A stretch of 64,000 nucleotides of DNA from an uncultured Flavobacteriales bacterium (lineage in GTDB: Bacteria > Bacteroidota > Bacteroidia > Flavobacteriales_D > Crocinitomicaceae): NCBI GenBank assembly GCA_964447015.1, contig CAYUQU010000006.1:1841-65840 (forward strand), given 5' to 3'. The notes below the pieces were generated by a model. It did not search any database and was not told the origin of the DNA. It saw only the letters and a list, made by a program, of their open reading frames with translations. Each line of letters begins with the position of its first letter. Within the stretch, counting starts at the first letter, position 1. Positions 37,301-47,721 of this stretch are shown one piece after another. The position numbers and the translations under genes were made by a program.

Positions 37301-37385
37301 TTTATCAAAAGGTGTGTTGAAAAGTTAACATCATAATTCTGCTCAAATATTTTTGTTCCACCACCTCATTGACTATATTTGTTGA

Positions 37386-38969
37386 ATGGAAAATCCGCAA
37401 GATAAATCTACCAATGAACGTGCACGCATGAAAGCTCCTGCAGCTAACTTGCTTTCTGAAATCGGGAAAATGCCTCCGCAGGCTCTTGATTTAGAAGAAG
37501 CCGTTCTAGGCGCGATGATGCTTGAAAAAGATGCGGTTAATGATGTAATTGACATTCTCAGCCCGGAAAGTTTCTACAAAGAAGCCCATAAAAAAATATA
37601 CAAAGCAATTCAGGATTTGTTTGGTGCTTCGGAGCCCATCGATATTTTGACTGTGACCAATAACCTTAAGCGTAAAGGCGAATTGGAGTTGGTTGGCGGT
37701 CCTTATTTTGTATCAAATTTGACTAATCGCGTGGTGTCTTCGGCTCACGTTGAATTTCATGCACGAATTATAGCTCAAAAACACATTCAGCGTGAAATAA
37801 TTCGCTTGTGTTCTGAGTCGCTTAAAATTGCTTATGACGATACTACAGATGTTTTCGAACTATTGAACAAGGTTGAGGGAGACTTATTCTCGATTGCCGA
37901 AGGTAATATCAAGAAAAACTATGACAAATTAGACGACGTTCTTAAGCAGGCTATTCTCCAAATTGAAGAAGCAGCTAAGAATAAAGATGGCGTAAGCGGA
38001 GTCCCAACTGGGTTTAAGGACTTGGATAGAATTACTTCAGGTTGGCAGAAATCGGATATGATTGTATTGGCCGCTCGTCCTGGTATGGGTAAAACGGCAT
38101 TTGTATTGTCTATGGCGCGAAATACAGCGGTGGATTACAATATGGGTGTAGCGGTTTTCTCACTTGAGATGGCATCTGTACAGTTGGTGAATCGTTTGAT
38201 TTCTTCCGAAACAGGAATTTCGTCTGAAAAACTGCGTAAAGGAAACTTGGCAGACCACGAGTTTAAACAACTTCACGAGCGAATTGGCAAACTATCTAAA
38301 GCGCCACTTTTTATTGATGATACTCCTGCGCTTTCAATATTTGATTTGCGTGCAAAATGTCGTCGTTTGAAGCGTCAGCATGACATTCAACTTGTCATCA
38401 TTGACTACTTGCAGTTGATGACGGCAGGAGGTACAGGTAAAGGAGGTAATCGCGAACAAGAAATCTCGACTATTTCTCGATCGATTAAAGAAATTGCTAA
38501 AGAAATCAATGTGCCGATTATTGCACTTTCTCAGTTAAGTCGTTCGGTAGAAACACGTGGAGGTGATAAAAAACCAATGCTTTCTGACCTTCGTGAATCT
38601 GGAGCAATTGAGCAAGATGCCGATATTGTAACATTTATCTATCGTCCTGAATATTATGGTTTGATGGAGGATGAGAATGGAATGCCCACAGCTGATCGTG
38701 GAGATATCATTATTGCTAAAAACCGTCACGGTTCATTAGATACAGTTAGTCTTAAGTTTGTGAAGCACCTTGTGAAATTTACAAATATGGATGATTTCTC
38801 AGACGACCCTATGGCGACTTATAATCAATCCATATCTCCAAATAAAAACTTTGAAGAATCACCTGCTATCGCTCCACCTCAAACCTACACAATAGGTAGT
38901 AAGATGGATAGTCTTGATGACGAAGATGATTTTGATTTAAGAAATGATATTGAGGATAGCCCGTTCTAA
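37386..38969 (+). CDS. dnaB: Replicative DNA helicase
   Basis: PPQALDLEEAVLGA, AARPGMGKTAF, IIDYLQLM, LSQLSR.VE.R and LRESGAIEQDAD motifs. Confidence 0.98.
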   Translation: MENPQDKSTNERARMKAPAANLLSEIGKMPPQALDLEEAVLGAMMLEKDAVNDVIDILSPESFYKEAHKKIYKAIQDLFGASEPIDILTVTNNLKRKGELELVGGPYFVSNLTNRVVSSAHVEFHARIIAQKHIQREIIRLCSESLKIAYDDTTDVFELLNKVEGDLFSIAEGNIKKNYDKLDDVLKQAILQIEEAAKNKDGVSGVPTGFKDLDRITSGWQKSDMIVLAARPGMGKTAFVLSMARNTAVDYNMGVAVFSLEMASVQLVNRLISSETGISSEKLRKGNLADHEFKQLHERIGKLSKAPLFIDDTPALSIFDLRAKCRRLKRQHDIQLVIIDYLQLMTAGGTGKGGNREQEISTISRSIKEIAKEINVPIIALSQLSRSVETRGGDKKPMLSDLRESGAIEQDADIVTFIYRPEYYGLMEDENGMPTADRGDIIIAKNRHGSLDTVSLKFVKHLVKFTNMDDFSDDPMATYNQSISPNKNFEESPAIAPPQTYTIGSKMDSLDDEDDFDLRNDIEDSPF

Positions 38970-39143
38970 TTACCTTTTTATTGAAATTTGATTTCCCCTT
39001 TATTTGTTTAATTGGAGAAAAAAAGGTAGATTTAGTTCATCAGAAGTGGATTTTTACTCTAGTTTTCTTGATTTTTTGTTTTATGTCAAGATTGATTTAG
39101 ATTTTTAGATAGTACGTTCTTACAAATTAGTAAATCATAAACT

Positions 39144-39368
39144 ATGAAAAAGGTAGGTTTTGGAATTGTGTTTATAGCATTTCTTACATTTGTGGGATTC
39201 GGTTCTGCGTCTTGTAAAAAGGAGAGAGGGGTTTGTTATTGCAAATACTTTAGTGGAGATAAAACCGAATATGATTTGCAACATTTAACGAGAAGTCAAC
39301 AAAAAGATTCCTGCGCACATCTCGATGAATTAGCTGAAAATTTTGCTGGCGATTGCAAATTGAAGTAA
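39144..39368 (+). CDS. Small Cys-containing putative lipoprotein
   Basis: Signal peptide ending SASC; four further Cys. Confidence 0.65.
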   Translation: MKKVGFGIVFIAFLTFVGFGSASCKKERGVCYCKYFSGDKTEYDLQHLTRSQQKDSCAHLDELAENFAGDCKLK

Positions 39369-39540
39369 CTGTTTGCAGTTACTCATTTGATTATTAGATA
39401 GATATTCGACGCCAAGTTATATTGAGCCTTTTTGAAAGACAGATGAGTCCATACAAAGATCTGTTTGAAAAAGATTTTCATTATTATTTATAATTGAATA
39501 CTATTAAACTGATTTTTCTTGTTTTTAAAACCTAGAGATT

Positions 39541-41172
39541 CTACTTCTCAATCTCTCTCAAACTCTGCATTTTCTTTAACTCAAGGAATCCTTTAATGTC
39601 TTCATGGTGTTCTTTCACACGTTTGTTTCCAAATTCAAAAACTTTAGTTACAAGTCCATCAAGAAAGTCACGGTCATGAGACACAAGAATTAACGTACCG
39701 TCAAAATCCTTAAGTGCATCTTTAATGATGTCTTTGGTTTTCATGTCAAGGTGATTGGTTGGTTCATCCAAAATGAGAAGGTTGACAGGCTCAAGCAATA
39801 GTTTAATCATCGCCAATCGCGTTTTCTCTCCACCAGAAAGTACTTTTACTTTTTTGGTGCTTGCATCGCCACCAAACATGAAAGCACCGAGAATATCGTT
39901 GATTTTTTTGCGAATTTCTCCTTTTGCTACATTATCAATCGTTTCAAAAATGGTCATGTCCTCATCCAATAAAGACGCTTGGTTTTGGGCGAAATAACCG
40001 ATTTGTACATTGTGACCTAATTCAAGCGATCCCTCAAAATCTAATTGTCCCATGATAGCTTTAATCATAGTCGATTTACCTTCACCGTTCTTTCCGACAA
40101 AAGCAACTTTCTGACCACGTTCTATAGTGAGTGAAGCATCGTTAAAGACTACGTGGTCGTCGTAACTTTTGGATAATCCAGAAACAGTAACGGGATAACT
40201 TCCTGATCGAGGAGCAGGTGGGAATTTCAAGCGCAATGCAGATGAATCCACTTCATCGACTTCAACAATATCCAATTTCTCAAGCATTTTCACACGAGAT
40301 TGAACTTGGTGTGTTTTTGAGTAAGTTCCTTTAAAACGATCTATGAATTCAGTTGTTTCTGCAATAAACTTTTGCTGCTCATCAAACTGTTTTTGTTGCT
40401 GCGCCCGACGTTCTTTTCGCAATTCAAGATAATGTGAGTATTTTGCTTTGTAGTCATAAATTCGACCCATTGTAACTTCGATAGTGCGATTAGTAATGTT
40501 ATCTACAAAAGCTCTATCGTGAGAAATTACCATTACACCTTTGGCGCTATTGATTAAGAAATCCTCTAACCATTCAATAGACTCAATATCCATGTGGTTT
40601 GTGGGCTCATCGAGGAGAATTAAATCCGGTTTTTGAAGTAGAATTTTCGCTAATTCAATTCGCATACGCCACCCACCGCTGAATTCAGAAGTAGGGCGAG
40701 TGAAATCTGGGCGAGTAAACCCCATACCAAGCAACACTTTTTCTACTTCAGCTTCATAATTCGTATCTTCAATTGAATAGAATTTTTCGCTCAGTTCCGA
40801 AACGCGCTCAATGATTTTCATGTATTCATCCGAATCATAATCAGTACGCACTGTAAGTTCATTGTTTAATGTATCAATTTCATCACGCATTGCAAAAATT
40901 GACTGAAAGGCTTTTGATGTTTCTTCAACCAAATTGCAATTATCTTCAGTAAGTAAATGCTGAGGTAAGTATGCAATAATAGCTTCTTTTGGAGCTGAAA
41001 TGTTTCCACGAGATGGTTTATTCACTCCTGCAATGATTTTCAACAACGTGGATTTTCCCGCGCCATTTTTCCCCATCAACGCGATTTTATCTGTTTCATT
41101 TATTACAAATGACACATCGCTAAAAAGTGTTGTTCCACTAAATTCTACCGCTAAACTATCTACTGAAATCAT
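39541..41172 (-). CDS. ABC-F family ATP-binding protein
   Basis: Two ABC cassettes (GKNGAGKST, FSGGWRMR; GKNGEGKST, LSGGEK) and no TM domain. Confidence 0.95.
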   Translation of the reverse strand: MISVDSLAVEFSGTTLFSDVSFVINETDKIALMGKNGAGKSTLLKIIAGVNKPSRGNISAPKEAIIAYLPQHLLTEDNCNLVEETSKAFQSIFAMRDEIDTLNNELTVRTDYDSDEYMKIIERVSELSEKFYSIEDTNYEAEVEKVLLGMGFTRPDFTRPTSEFSGGWRMRIELAKILLQKPDLILLDEPTNHMDIESIEWLEDFLINSAKGVMVISHDRAFVDNITNRTIEVTMGRIYDYKAKYSHYLELRKERRAQQQKQFDEQQKFIAETTEFIDRFKGTYSKTHQVQSRVKMLEKLDIVEVDEVDSSALRLKFPPAPRSGSYPVTVSGLSKSYDDHVVFNDASLTIERGQKVAFVGKNGEGKSTMIKAIMGQLDFEGSLELGHNVQIGYFAQNQASLLDEDMTIFETIDNVAKGEIRKKINDILGAFMFGGDASTKKVKVLSGGEKTRLAMIKLLLEPVNLLILDEPTNHLDMKTKDIIKDALKDFDGTLILVSHDRDFLDGLVTKVFEFGNKRVKEHHEDIKGFLELKKMQSLREIEK

Positions 41173-41337
41173 CTTCTTTCTTTATTTGAGCGGCAAAGAT
41201 AGGGGAGAATTCTTCAATTTAGTAAATGGTAGTGAAATATTCCTTTCTAAGATTTTTATTTACCTCGATATTTCGTACTTTTGGGTTAGAGAAATTGCCG
41301 ATACGTTCGGATTAATTCTTATTCTGTTGAGAGACAG

Positions 41338-41517
41338 AAGCCCATGCAGTTGTTTTGAGACTTAACAACTTATTATTTGGGGAAAGCTTGATTGTTCAAT
41401 GGCGGGCCGCATCCTGATTCGTCAGGAGGAGATAGCATCAACCAGTGGATTACAAAGAATAATCGGAATCCTCATCCGTGTTTTCTGAGGTTTTCAGAAT
41501 ATGTGCTGCATGGGTTT
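41338..41517 (+). ncRNA. 6S RNA-like rod-shaped RNA (about 180 nt)
   Basis: Closing stem aagcccatgcag/ctgcatgggttt; stem tgttttgagactt/aggttttcagaata; 14/13-nt central bubble; stems tgggga/tcctca and ttgattgttc/gaataatcgg; terminal tcctga-ttcg-tcagga. G-U pairs favour the + strand. A TACTTTTG box lies at 41276-41283. Confidence 0.65.
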
Positions 41518-41527
41518 TTTCTTTTTC

Positions 41528-43405
41528 CTAATCCGCAAACTCTGCCAGCTCCAACCAACGATTTGTTTTTGCATCAATTTCTTCAATAACTTTGGTTATT
41601 TCGATGCTGATTTCATTGAGTTGTTCTCCTGAAATAGTTGAATTAGAAAGCTTTTCTGTCAATTCATTCTTTCGCGATTCAAGTTGAGCTAAAACACCTT
41701 CCATTTCTTCAAACTCGATTTTCTCTTTGTAAGACAATTTTCGTTTTTCAGTAGGTGCTTTTACTGGCTCTACTTTTGGTTGCGGAGCTGTTTTCTCTAA
41801 TTTGGATGCGTTCTTTTTTTCCTGAATGTCAAGCTGAAGCTGTTGACGGTATTCTGTATAATTACCTAAAATATCTTTGATTTCACCTTCACCTTTGAAA
41901 TAGAAAATGTGATCTACCATCTTATCCATGAAATAACGGTCGTGAGAGACCACTATTAGGCATCCTGGGAAAGAACGCAGGTAATCTTCGAGTACACTCA
42001 GCGTAAAGATGTCTAAATCGTTCGTAGGCTCATCCAGAATTAAGAAATTAGGATTAGCCATAAGTACAGTCATCAACTTTAAACGGCGTTTTTCTCCACC
42101 ACTTAGTTTACTGACGTAATTCCAATGCATGCTTCGTGGAAACAGGAATTTCTCCAAAAACTGAGCAGCACTCAATTCTTTGCCTTTTTCAAGTGGAATA
42201 AACTCAGCGATATCTTTAATGACTTCAATTAATCTTTTGTCCTCGGCAATCTTAATTTGTTCCTGACGGTAATAGCCAAAAACGATCGTTTCCCCCACCA
42301 CAACTTTACCTTTAGAAGGCTCTTCAAGTCCTGTGAGCATATTTAGAAACGTAGACTTTCCCACTCCGTTTGAACCTACAATTCCAACTCGTTCTCCTTT
42401 TTTGAACACGTACGAGAATTCCTTCAGCATAATTTTACCGTCGTAATCCTTTTGAAGTTTGTGCAGTTCGAGAATTTTCGATCCTACACGTTCCATTTTA
42501 ATGTTCAACTCTAGTTCATCTTTGCTGACATTTTGTGTAGCAACACCTTTAGTCACTTCAAAGGCGTCTAGACGTGCCTTTTGTTTTACACTTCGCGCTT
42601 TAGGTTGGCGGCGCACCCAATCTAGCTCTTTGCGCATAAGGTTTTGCGCCTTGTCAATAGTCGCTGCAAGTTGATCTTCGCGTTCAGCTTTCTTTTCAAG
42701 GTAGTACGAGAAATTACCTTTGTATTTGTATATAGTTTGATCTTCAAGTTCGAAAATAGTGTCACATACAACCTCAAGAAAATAACGGTCGTGAGTTACC
42801 ATCAAAATGGTCGACCTACTTTGTGATAAATAAGTTTCAAGCCACTCAATCATATCCAGGTCAAGGTGATTGGTTGGCTCATCTAGTATGATGAAGTCAG
42901 GGTCAGCGATTAGCACCTTTGCTAAAGCGACGCGTTTCTTTTGTCCACCAGACAATTCACTGATGGGGTTATGGATCTCACTAAGTTTGAGAACGCCTAA
43001 GATTTGTTGAATTTTAGATTCAATATCCCACGCGTTTAATTCGTTCAATTCATCAAAGCTCGCAGCAATAGCATTTTCATTGTTGGTACGCATGGCTTCA
43101 TTGTATCTTTTAATCGCCAGGAGCTCGGGTAAGTCGTGAGAGAGAATCTCATCCATCACCGAATTTTTTGGATTCATTTGATCAGCTTGCTCAAGAAAGG
43201 CAATGCGAATCCCATTTCGAAACACCACACGACCCGAGTCTGCCGGTTCCATATCCATGATACAACGTAGAAGAGTGGTTTTTCCATTCCCGTTTCGCGC
43301 CACGATGGCTGCTTTTTGCCCTTGCTCAATCCCAAAAGTCAAATCCTTGAATAAAACACGGTCTCCGAAAGACTTAGTAAGTTCTTCTATCGATAAATAA
43401 TTCAT
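41528..43405 (-). CDS. ABC-F family ATP-binding protein (Uup-like)
   Basis: Two ABC cassettes (ARNGNGKTT, LSGGQKKR; GSNGVGKST, LSGGEKRR) plus a C-terminal coiled coil. Confidence 0.95.
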   Translation of the reverse strand: MNYLSIEELTKSFGDRVLFKDLTFGIEQGQKAAIVARNGNGKTTLLRCIMDMEPADSGRVVFRNGIRIAFLEQADQMNPKNSVMDEILSHDLPELLAIKRYNEAMRTNNENAIAASFDELNELNAWDIESKIQQILGVLKLSEIHNPISELSGGQKKRVALAKVLIADPDFIILDEPTNHLDLDMIEWLETYLSQSRSTILMVTHDRYFLEVVCDTIFELEDQTIYKYKGNFSYYLEKKAEREDQLAATIDKAQNLMRKELDWVRRQPKARSVKQKARLDAFEVTKGVATQNVSKDELELNIKMERVGSKILELHKLQKDYDGKIMLKEFSYVFKKGERVGIVGSNGVGKSTFLNMLTGLEEPSKGKVVVGETIVFGYYRQEQIKIAEDKRLIEVIKDIAEFIPLEKGKELSAAQFLEKFLFPRSMHWNYVSKLSGGEKRRLKLMTVLMANPNFLILDEPTNDLDIFTLSVLEDYLRSFPGCLIVVSHDRYFMDKMVDHIFYFKGEGEIKDILGNYTEYRQQLQLDIQEKKNASKLEKTAPQPKVEPVKAPTEKRKLSYKEKIEFEEMEGVLAQLESRKNELTEKLSNSTISGEQLNEISIEITKVIEEIDAKTNRWLELAEFAD

Positions 43406-43419
43406 ATAAATATTTTAAT

Positions 43420-43505
43420 TAGACTGCAAGATTCAAGACTATAAGACTTTTAAATACCTTAAGTCTAAGGTCTTTCGTCTATTTTCTATTGTCTAGAGTC
43501 TAAAA
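43420..43505. repeat. Inverted arms of AAGACT/AGTCT tandem units (second copy)
   Basis: tagactgcaagattcaagactataagact ... aagtctaaggtctttcgtct...gtctagagtctaa; shares the 13-mer caagattcaagac with the element at 37136. Confidence 0.7.
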
Positions 43506-43509
43506 GCTT

Positions 43510-44106
43510 TTAACGTAACCTGTCTAGGGATTTTAATAAATCTAAATCTCGTTTCACACCAATGTTACCGAGAAAAATAAAAGGAATTGTTGCGCAAAGG
43601 AGATAAAAACCTAAGCCAAGTGATCGGTTTATATTGATTTCATCATCAGTCATAAAACTTTGTGCTGTTTCAGCCAAATTTCCAGGAATAATCATAATCA
43701 AAGCGAAAAGCCCGATTAAGCACAAAATGGATAAAAAGAAAGCTATTCGACCTAAGCGAAGTTGCCTCTTTTGATTTTTGAATGAAACCAGCGTAATTAA
43801 AATCAATAACGCGATTATCAAAAAGAGAATGTAAACAGGGATGGAGTTTGTCCAAGTTCCATGTGATCCCTCTGTATTAAAAGTTGCGCCTGTAGCCGTG
43901 ATATGTTTTTCAAATTCTTCTAGTTCCGACTCAGTCAAACTTAGTGTGGCGTTGGCATCAATTCCTTTACTGTTTATATTCATTTCAACAGTTTCCACAT
44001 AATTTTGCGCATCAATTTTGAACGAAACAATATTCTCTCCTGTACTAACCCAAGCTAAAAGTGCAATGGCAATGAGGTAATAAATCGTTTGTATGCGTTG
44101 TATCAT
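43510..44106 (-). CDS. DUF4293 family membrane protein
   Basis: MIQRIQTIY, FKN.KRQ.RL and I.RDLDLLKSLDRLR motifs. Confidence 0.88.
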   Translation of the reverse strand: MIQRIQTIYYLIAIALLAWVSTGENIVSFKIDAQNYVETVEMNINSKGIDANATLSLTESELEEFEKHITATGATFNTEGSHGTWTNSIPVYILFLIIALLILITLVSFKNQKRQLRLGRIAFFLSILCLIGLFALIMIIPGNLAETAQSFMTDDEININRSLGLGFYLLCATIPFIFLGNIGVKRDLDLLKSLDRLR

Positions 44107-44313
44107 CTTTTACAGTTTTTTGCAAATATAGTGATATTCGCTCCAAGCAGGTGCGTAAATCTTAAAACAACAAAATTATTACAAACATATTTCTTAAAAT
44201 TTCTTAAAAACGAGAGATTAACTTACATTTGTCGTCAATTGCGATGGTTTTATTTGAGCTTTTCAAAGGTAATCATGCGTAATTACTTGAATAATATATT
44301 TTTAGGGAAATAA

Positions 44314-45828
44314 ATGAGCATCGTAGTTTTATCACTTTATGGATTGGCGTTACTGTTAATATTCTTCTACAGTGTACTTCAACTCACATTAGCAATTTCT
44401 TATTGGAAAAATAAAAGTGCTCGCGACAAAGTAAGACGTCCTGAATTGGACATGAATAACGCGCCTTTTGTGACTGTACAACTACCCGTTTTTAACGAGT
44501 TGTATGTTGTGGAGCGTTTGATTGAAACAGTTGCGAAATTTGATTACCCTCGCGATCGATTTGAAATTCAGGTTTTAGATGATTCTACAGATGAAACAGT
44601 GGATGTTATCGCTAAAAAAGTAGCTGAAATTAAAGCGATGGGGATTGATATTCACCACATTCATCGTGTGAATAGAACAGGGTATAAAGCTGGTGCTCTA
44701 GCTGATGCTATGGATAAAGTGAAAGGTGAATTCATCGCTATTTTTGATGCTGATTTTCTTCCGAATCCAAACTTCTTACTTGAAACAATTCCTTTCTTTG
44801 ATGATCCTAAAGTAGGAGTAGTGCAAACGCGCTGGTCTCACATCAATAAAAAATATTCATTGCTTACCGAGCTTCAGGCTTTTGGTTTGAATGCGCATTT
44901 CAGTATCGAGCAGTCGGGAAGAAATGGCGCGGGTCACTTTATCAACTTTAATGGTACAGGTGGAGTTTGGAGAAAAGAAACCATTGCAGATGCAGGTGGA
45001 TGGCATCATGACACGTTAACTGAAGACTTAGATTTGAGCTACCGCGCTCAAATGAAAGGGTGGAAGTTTAGATTTTTGGAGAATGTTACTGCTCCGGCGG
45101 AACTTCCTGTGGCGATGTCTGCATTGAAAAATCAACCGTTTCGTTGGACTAAAGGTGGAGCTGAGTGTTTTAGAAAAATGTCTGGGACATTGTTGACTGC
45201 AAAAGGAATGAAGTTGTCTGACCGAATTCACGGATTAGCTCATTTATTCAATAGTTCTGTATTCGTATTTATTTTCTTTACAGCGATATTGAGTATTCCT
45301 GTATTGATAATTAAATCAACTACGGATAAGTATGACAATATTATGATGATAGGATCTATTTTCATTTTATCCACCATTTTCTTAATGGTCTATTATTGGA
45401 TGTCCTACAGAGATAAAACGGATAATAAGTTCTTGTCGTTTATTAAATTCTTTGGACGTTTCATTCAATTTCTGACAGTATCTATGGGGTTATCATTACA
45501 CAATACAATAGCTGTAATGGAAGGTTATTTTGGCATCAAAAGTTCATTTGTGCGCACGCCGAAATTTAACATCTCAAGTGGCAAGCAAGACTGGAAAACA
45601 AACAAATACGTAGAGAAGAAGATTAATCTCGTTACAGTTCTTGAAGGAGTACTTTCATTTGCTTTTCTTGGAGCTGTCGCATTTGGCATTGTAGTTGGCG
45701 ATTACGGCCTAGTTCCTTTCCACGCGATGTTATCAATTGGCTTTGGACTAGTTTTCTTCTATTCAATTGGTCAGATGAATTGGTTGAACAAGCGAGCAGA
45801 TGATGTTGAATTAGTCGAGGAAATCTAA
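44314..45828 (+). CDS. Glycosyltransferase family 2 (cellulose-synthase-like)
   Basis: QLPVFNE, DDSTD, KAGAL, FDADF, TEDLD and QxxRW (QPFRW) motifs, with flanking TM helices. Confidence 0.93.
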   Translation: MSIVVLSLYGLALLLIFFYSVLQLTLAISYWKNKSARDKVRRPELDMNNAPFVTVQLPVFNELYVVERLIETVAKFDYPRDRFEIQVLDDSTDETVDVIAKKVAEIKAMGIDIHHIHRVNRTGYKAGALADAMDKVKGEFIAIFDADFLPNPNFLLETIPFFDDPKVGVVQTRWSHINKKYSLLTELQAFGLNAHFSIEQSGRNGAGHFINFNGTGGVWRKETIADAGGWHHDTLTEDLDLSYRAQMKGWKFRFLENVTAPAELPVAMSALKNQPFRWTKGGAECFRKMSGTLLTAKGMKLSDRIHGLAHLFNSSVFVFIFFTAILSIPVLIIKSTTDKYDNIMMIGSIFILSTIFLMVYYWMSYRDKTDNKFLSFIKFFGRFIQFLTVSMGLSLHNTIAVMEGYFGIKSSFVRTPKFNISSGKQDWKTNKYVEKKINLVTVLEGVLSFAFLGAVAFGIVVGDYGLVPFHAMLSIGFGLVFFYSIGQMNWLNKRADDVELVEEI

Positions 45829-45959
45829 ATTTGCCCATCTATTTTTCAAAAATTATTTGCGTTGAATACACAGTTTCACATTTTTTTGTGAAAAAAATAC
45901 TATGTTTTTGATTGTCTTGTAATTATCCTTTATAAATTTGCCTTTGCAAAGAGAGTTGA

Positions 45960-46688
45960 ATGGTAAGAAATAGTTTAAATTCCGTGTCGAAATTTAGTGT
46001 GAAAATAGGAGGGAAGGCTCTAGTTCTTTTGTTGTTGTTTATGTTTGTTTTTCAAGATTCATTTTCACAACAAAACCGATGGCGTAAAAAACCGGAACAT
46101 ACTTGGATCTTAGGTTTAGGTATGCATGTTGTAGATGATTATAGTGTCTCTTTAGGACAGGTTTTTTCAGGAAATCGCACATGGCATTTTGTTCCTTATC
46201 CAGCTCGTTTAAGTGTCGAGAGAAATTTAAAATATGGTTTTGGAATTACAGGTTTATTACACTACAATCAATATCTTCCAGGAAAGCATGTAAACGAAGT
46301 AGTCAACAATCAACTCATGCATGTAGCTAGTTTTGATGCTATGTTGAAGTATCGTTTTAACATGAAGTATAAGAAAGTTTCATGGTTTGATCCTTATCTA
46401 GGAGTAGGGCTTGGCTATACGATGAAATTTGGTGCTACAACAATGGATAACGTGACAGCTAATGTGCACATTGGAAGTAATTTCTGGTTTTCTAAACGAA
46501 TTGGAATGCAGATAGAGACTTCAGCGAAATTTGCGTTAGGAGCTACATTTCCTGCTCATGAAGATAGCTACTTACAACATTCATTGAGTTTTCTTTATCG
46601 AATTTACCCTAATACGAAGAAGAGGCGTGATAAATCGCGTTACAAATGGACGAGGAAAAAGCCAAAAGGCAATATTAACAGAATCTAG
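45960..46688 (+). CDS. Outer-membrane beta-barrel protein (OmpA-membrane-like)
   Basis: Signal peptide; alternating beta-strands (FDPYLGVGLGY, GSNFWF, LQHSLSFLYR). Confidence 0.65.
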   Translation: MVRNSLNSVSKFSVKIGGKALVLLLLFMFVFQDSFSQQNRWRKKPEHTWILGLGMHVVDDYSVSLGQVFSGNRTWHFVPYPARLSVERNLKYGFGITGLLHYNQYLPGKHVNEVVNNQLMHVASFDAMLKYRFNMKYKKVSWFDPYLGVGLGYTMKFGATTMDNVTANVHIGSNFWFSKRIGMQIETSAKFALGATFPAHEDSYLQHSLSFLYRIYPNTKKRRDKSRYKWTRKKPKGNINRI

Positions 46689-46742
46689 TGCTTATACGCT
46701 AATGCTGAATTCTAAAGTATAATTATCTAAATATTCTTGGTT

Positions 46743-47696
46743 CTACAATAATTCGGCAACAATTTTTTCGACAGTATATCCCTCAGCTTCTGCTCTGTAA
46801 TTTCGTACAATTCTGTGGCGTAAAATAGGCAATGCAACAGCTTTTACATCTTCGATATCTGGAGAATATTTACCGTGTAGCGCTGCGTGACATTTTGCGC
46901 CTACAATCAAATTCTGCGAGGCTCTTGGCCCTGCCCCCCAAGCAATGTACTTTTTTGTCAATTCAGGAGCGCGTGCATCGTCTTTTCTGGTTTTATTGAC
47001 CAAACTTACTGCGTATTCAATTACATTATCTGTAACAGGGATTTGGCGAATAAGATTTTGGTATTTAATAATGTCTTCAGCCGAAAGTTGTGGAGTAACT
47101 TGTGCTTCAATATTAGTTGTTGTTGCCTTTACGATCTGAACTTCTTCATCAAATGAAGGGTAATCGACCCAAATATTAAACATGAATCTGTCTAACTGAG
47201 CTTCGGGAAGAGGGTAAGTACCTTCTTGCTCAATAGGGTTTTGCGTGGCTAACACAAAGAAAGGCATAGGCAATTTATGCGTTACACCTGCTGCGGTAAC
47301 TGATTTTTCCTGCATAGCTTCAAGAAGAGCTGCTTGCGTTTTTGGAGGTGTACGGTTAATCTCATCAGCGAGAACGATATTGTGAAAGATGGGACCTTTT
47401 ATGAATTTAAACTGTCTGTCTTCTCCCAATATTTCTGAACCGATAATATCAGATGGCATTAAGTCAGGTGTAAATTGAATTCTATTTCCTGAAAGCCCTA
47501 GTGATTGAGAAATTGTATTTACAAGCAAGGTTTTCGCAAGTCCGGGAACTCCAACCAAAAGACAGTGTCCTTTTGAAAACATGGAGATAAGAACTTGTTC
47601 AATTACCTCGTCTTGACCTACGATAACTTTATGAATTTCAGACTTTAGTTGGTTATATTTTTGAACTAACTCGTCTATTGCTGCAATTTCTGACAT
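46743..47696 (-). CDS. MoxR family AAA ATPase
   Basis: GVPGLAKT, RIQFTPDLMPSDI, LADEINR.PPKTQAALLEAMQE and LPEAQLDRF motifs. Confidence 0.95.
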   Translation of the reverse strand: MSEIAAIDELVQKYNQLKSEIHKVIVGQDEVIEQVLISMFSKGHCLLVGVPGLAKTLLVNTISQSLGLSGNRIQFTPDLMPSDIIGSEILGEDRQFKFIKGPIFHNIVLADEINRTPPKTQAALLEAMQEKSVTAAGVTHKLPMPFFVLATQNPIEQEGTYPLPEAQLDRFMFNIWVDYPSFDEEVQIVKATTTNIEAQVTPQLSAEDIIKYQNLIRQIPVTDNVIEYAVSLVNKTRKDDARAPELTKKYIAWGAGPRASQNLIVGAKCHAALHGKYSPDIEDVKAVALPILRHRIVRNYRAEAEGYTVEKIVAELL

Positions 47697-47721
47697 GATA
47701 ATATTTTACTTTTGTTGTAAA

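Noticed and set aside
41392-41589. 65-aa ORF on the + strand between the ABC-F genes
   Set aside because: It overlaps the 6S-like structure and the end of the downstream gene; the extensive base-pairing explains the sequence better.
45085-45150. GT2 motif reads QPFRW rather than the common QQFRW
   Set aside because: It still satisfies QxxRW; a single-base variant with no evidence of inactivation.
8981-47696. Possible MoxR-vWA functional pair
   Set aside because: The genes are about 35 kb apart, and MoxR sits in the conserved PPIase operon; no linkage is visible.
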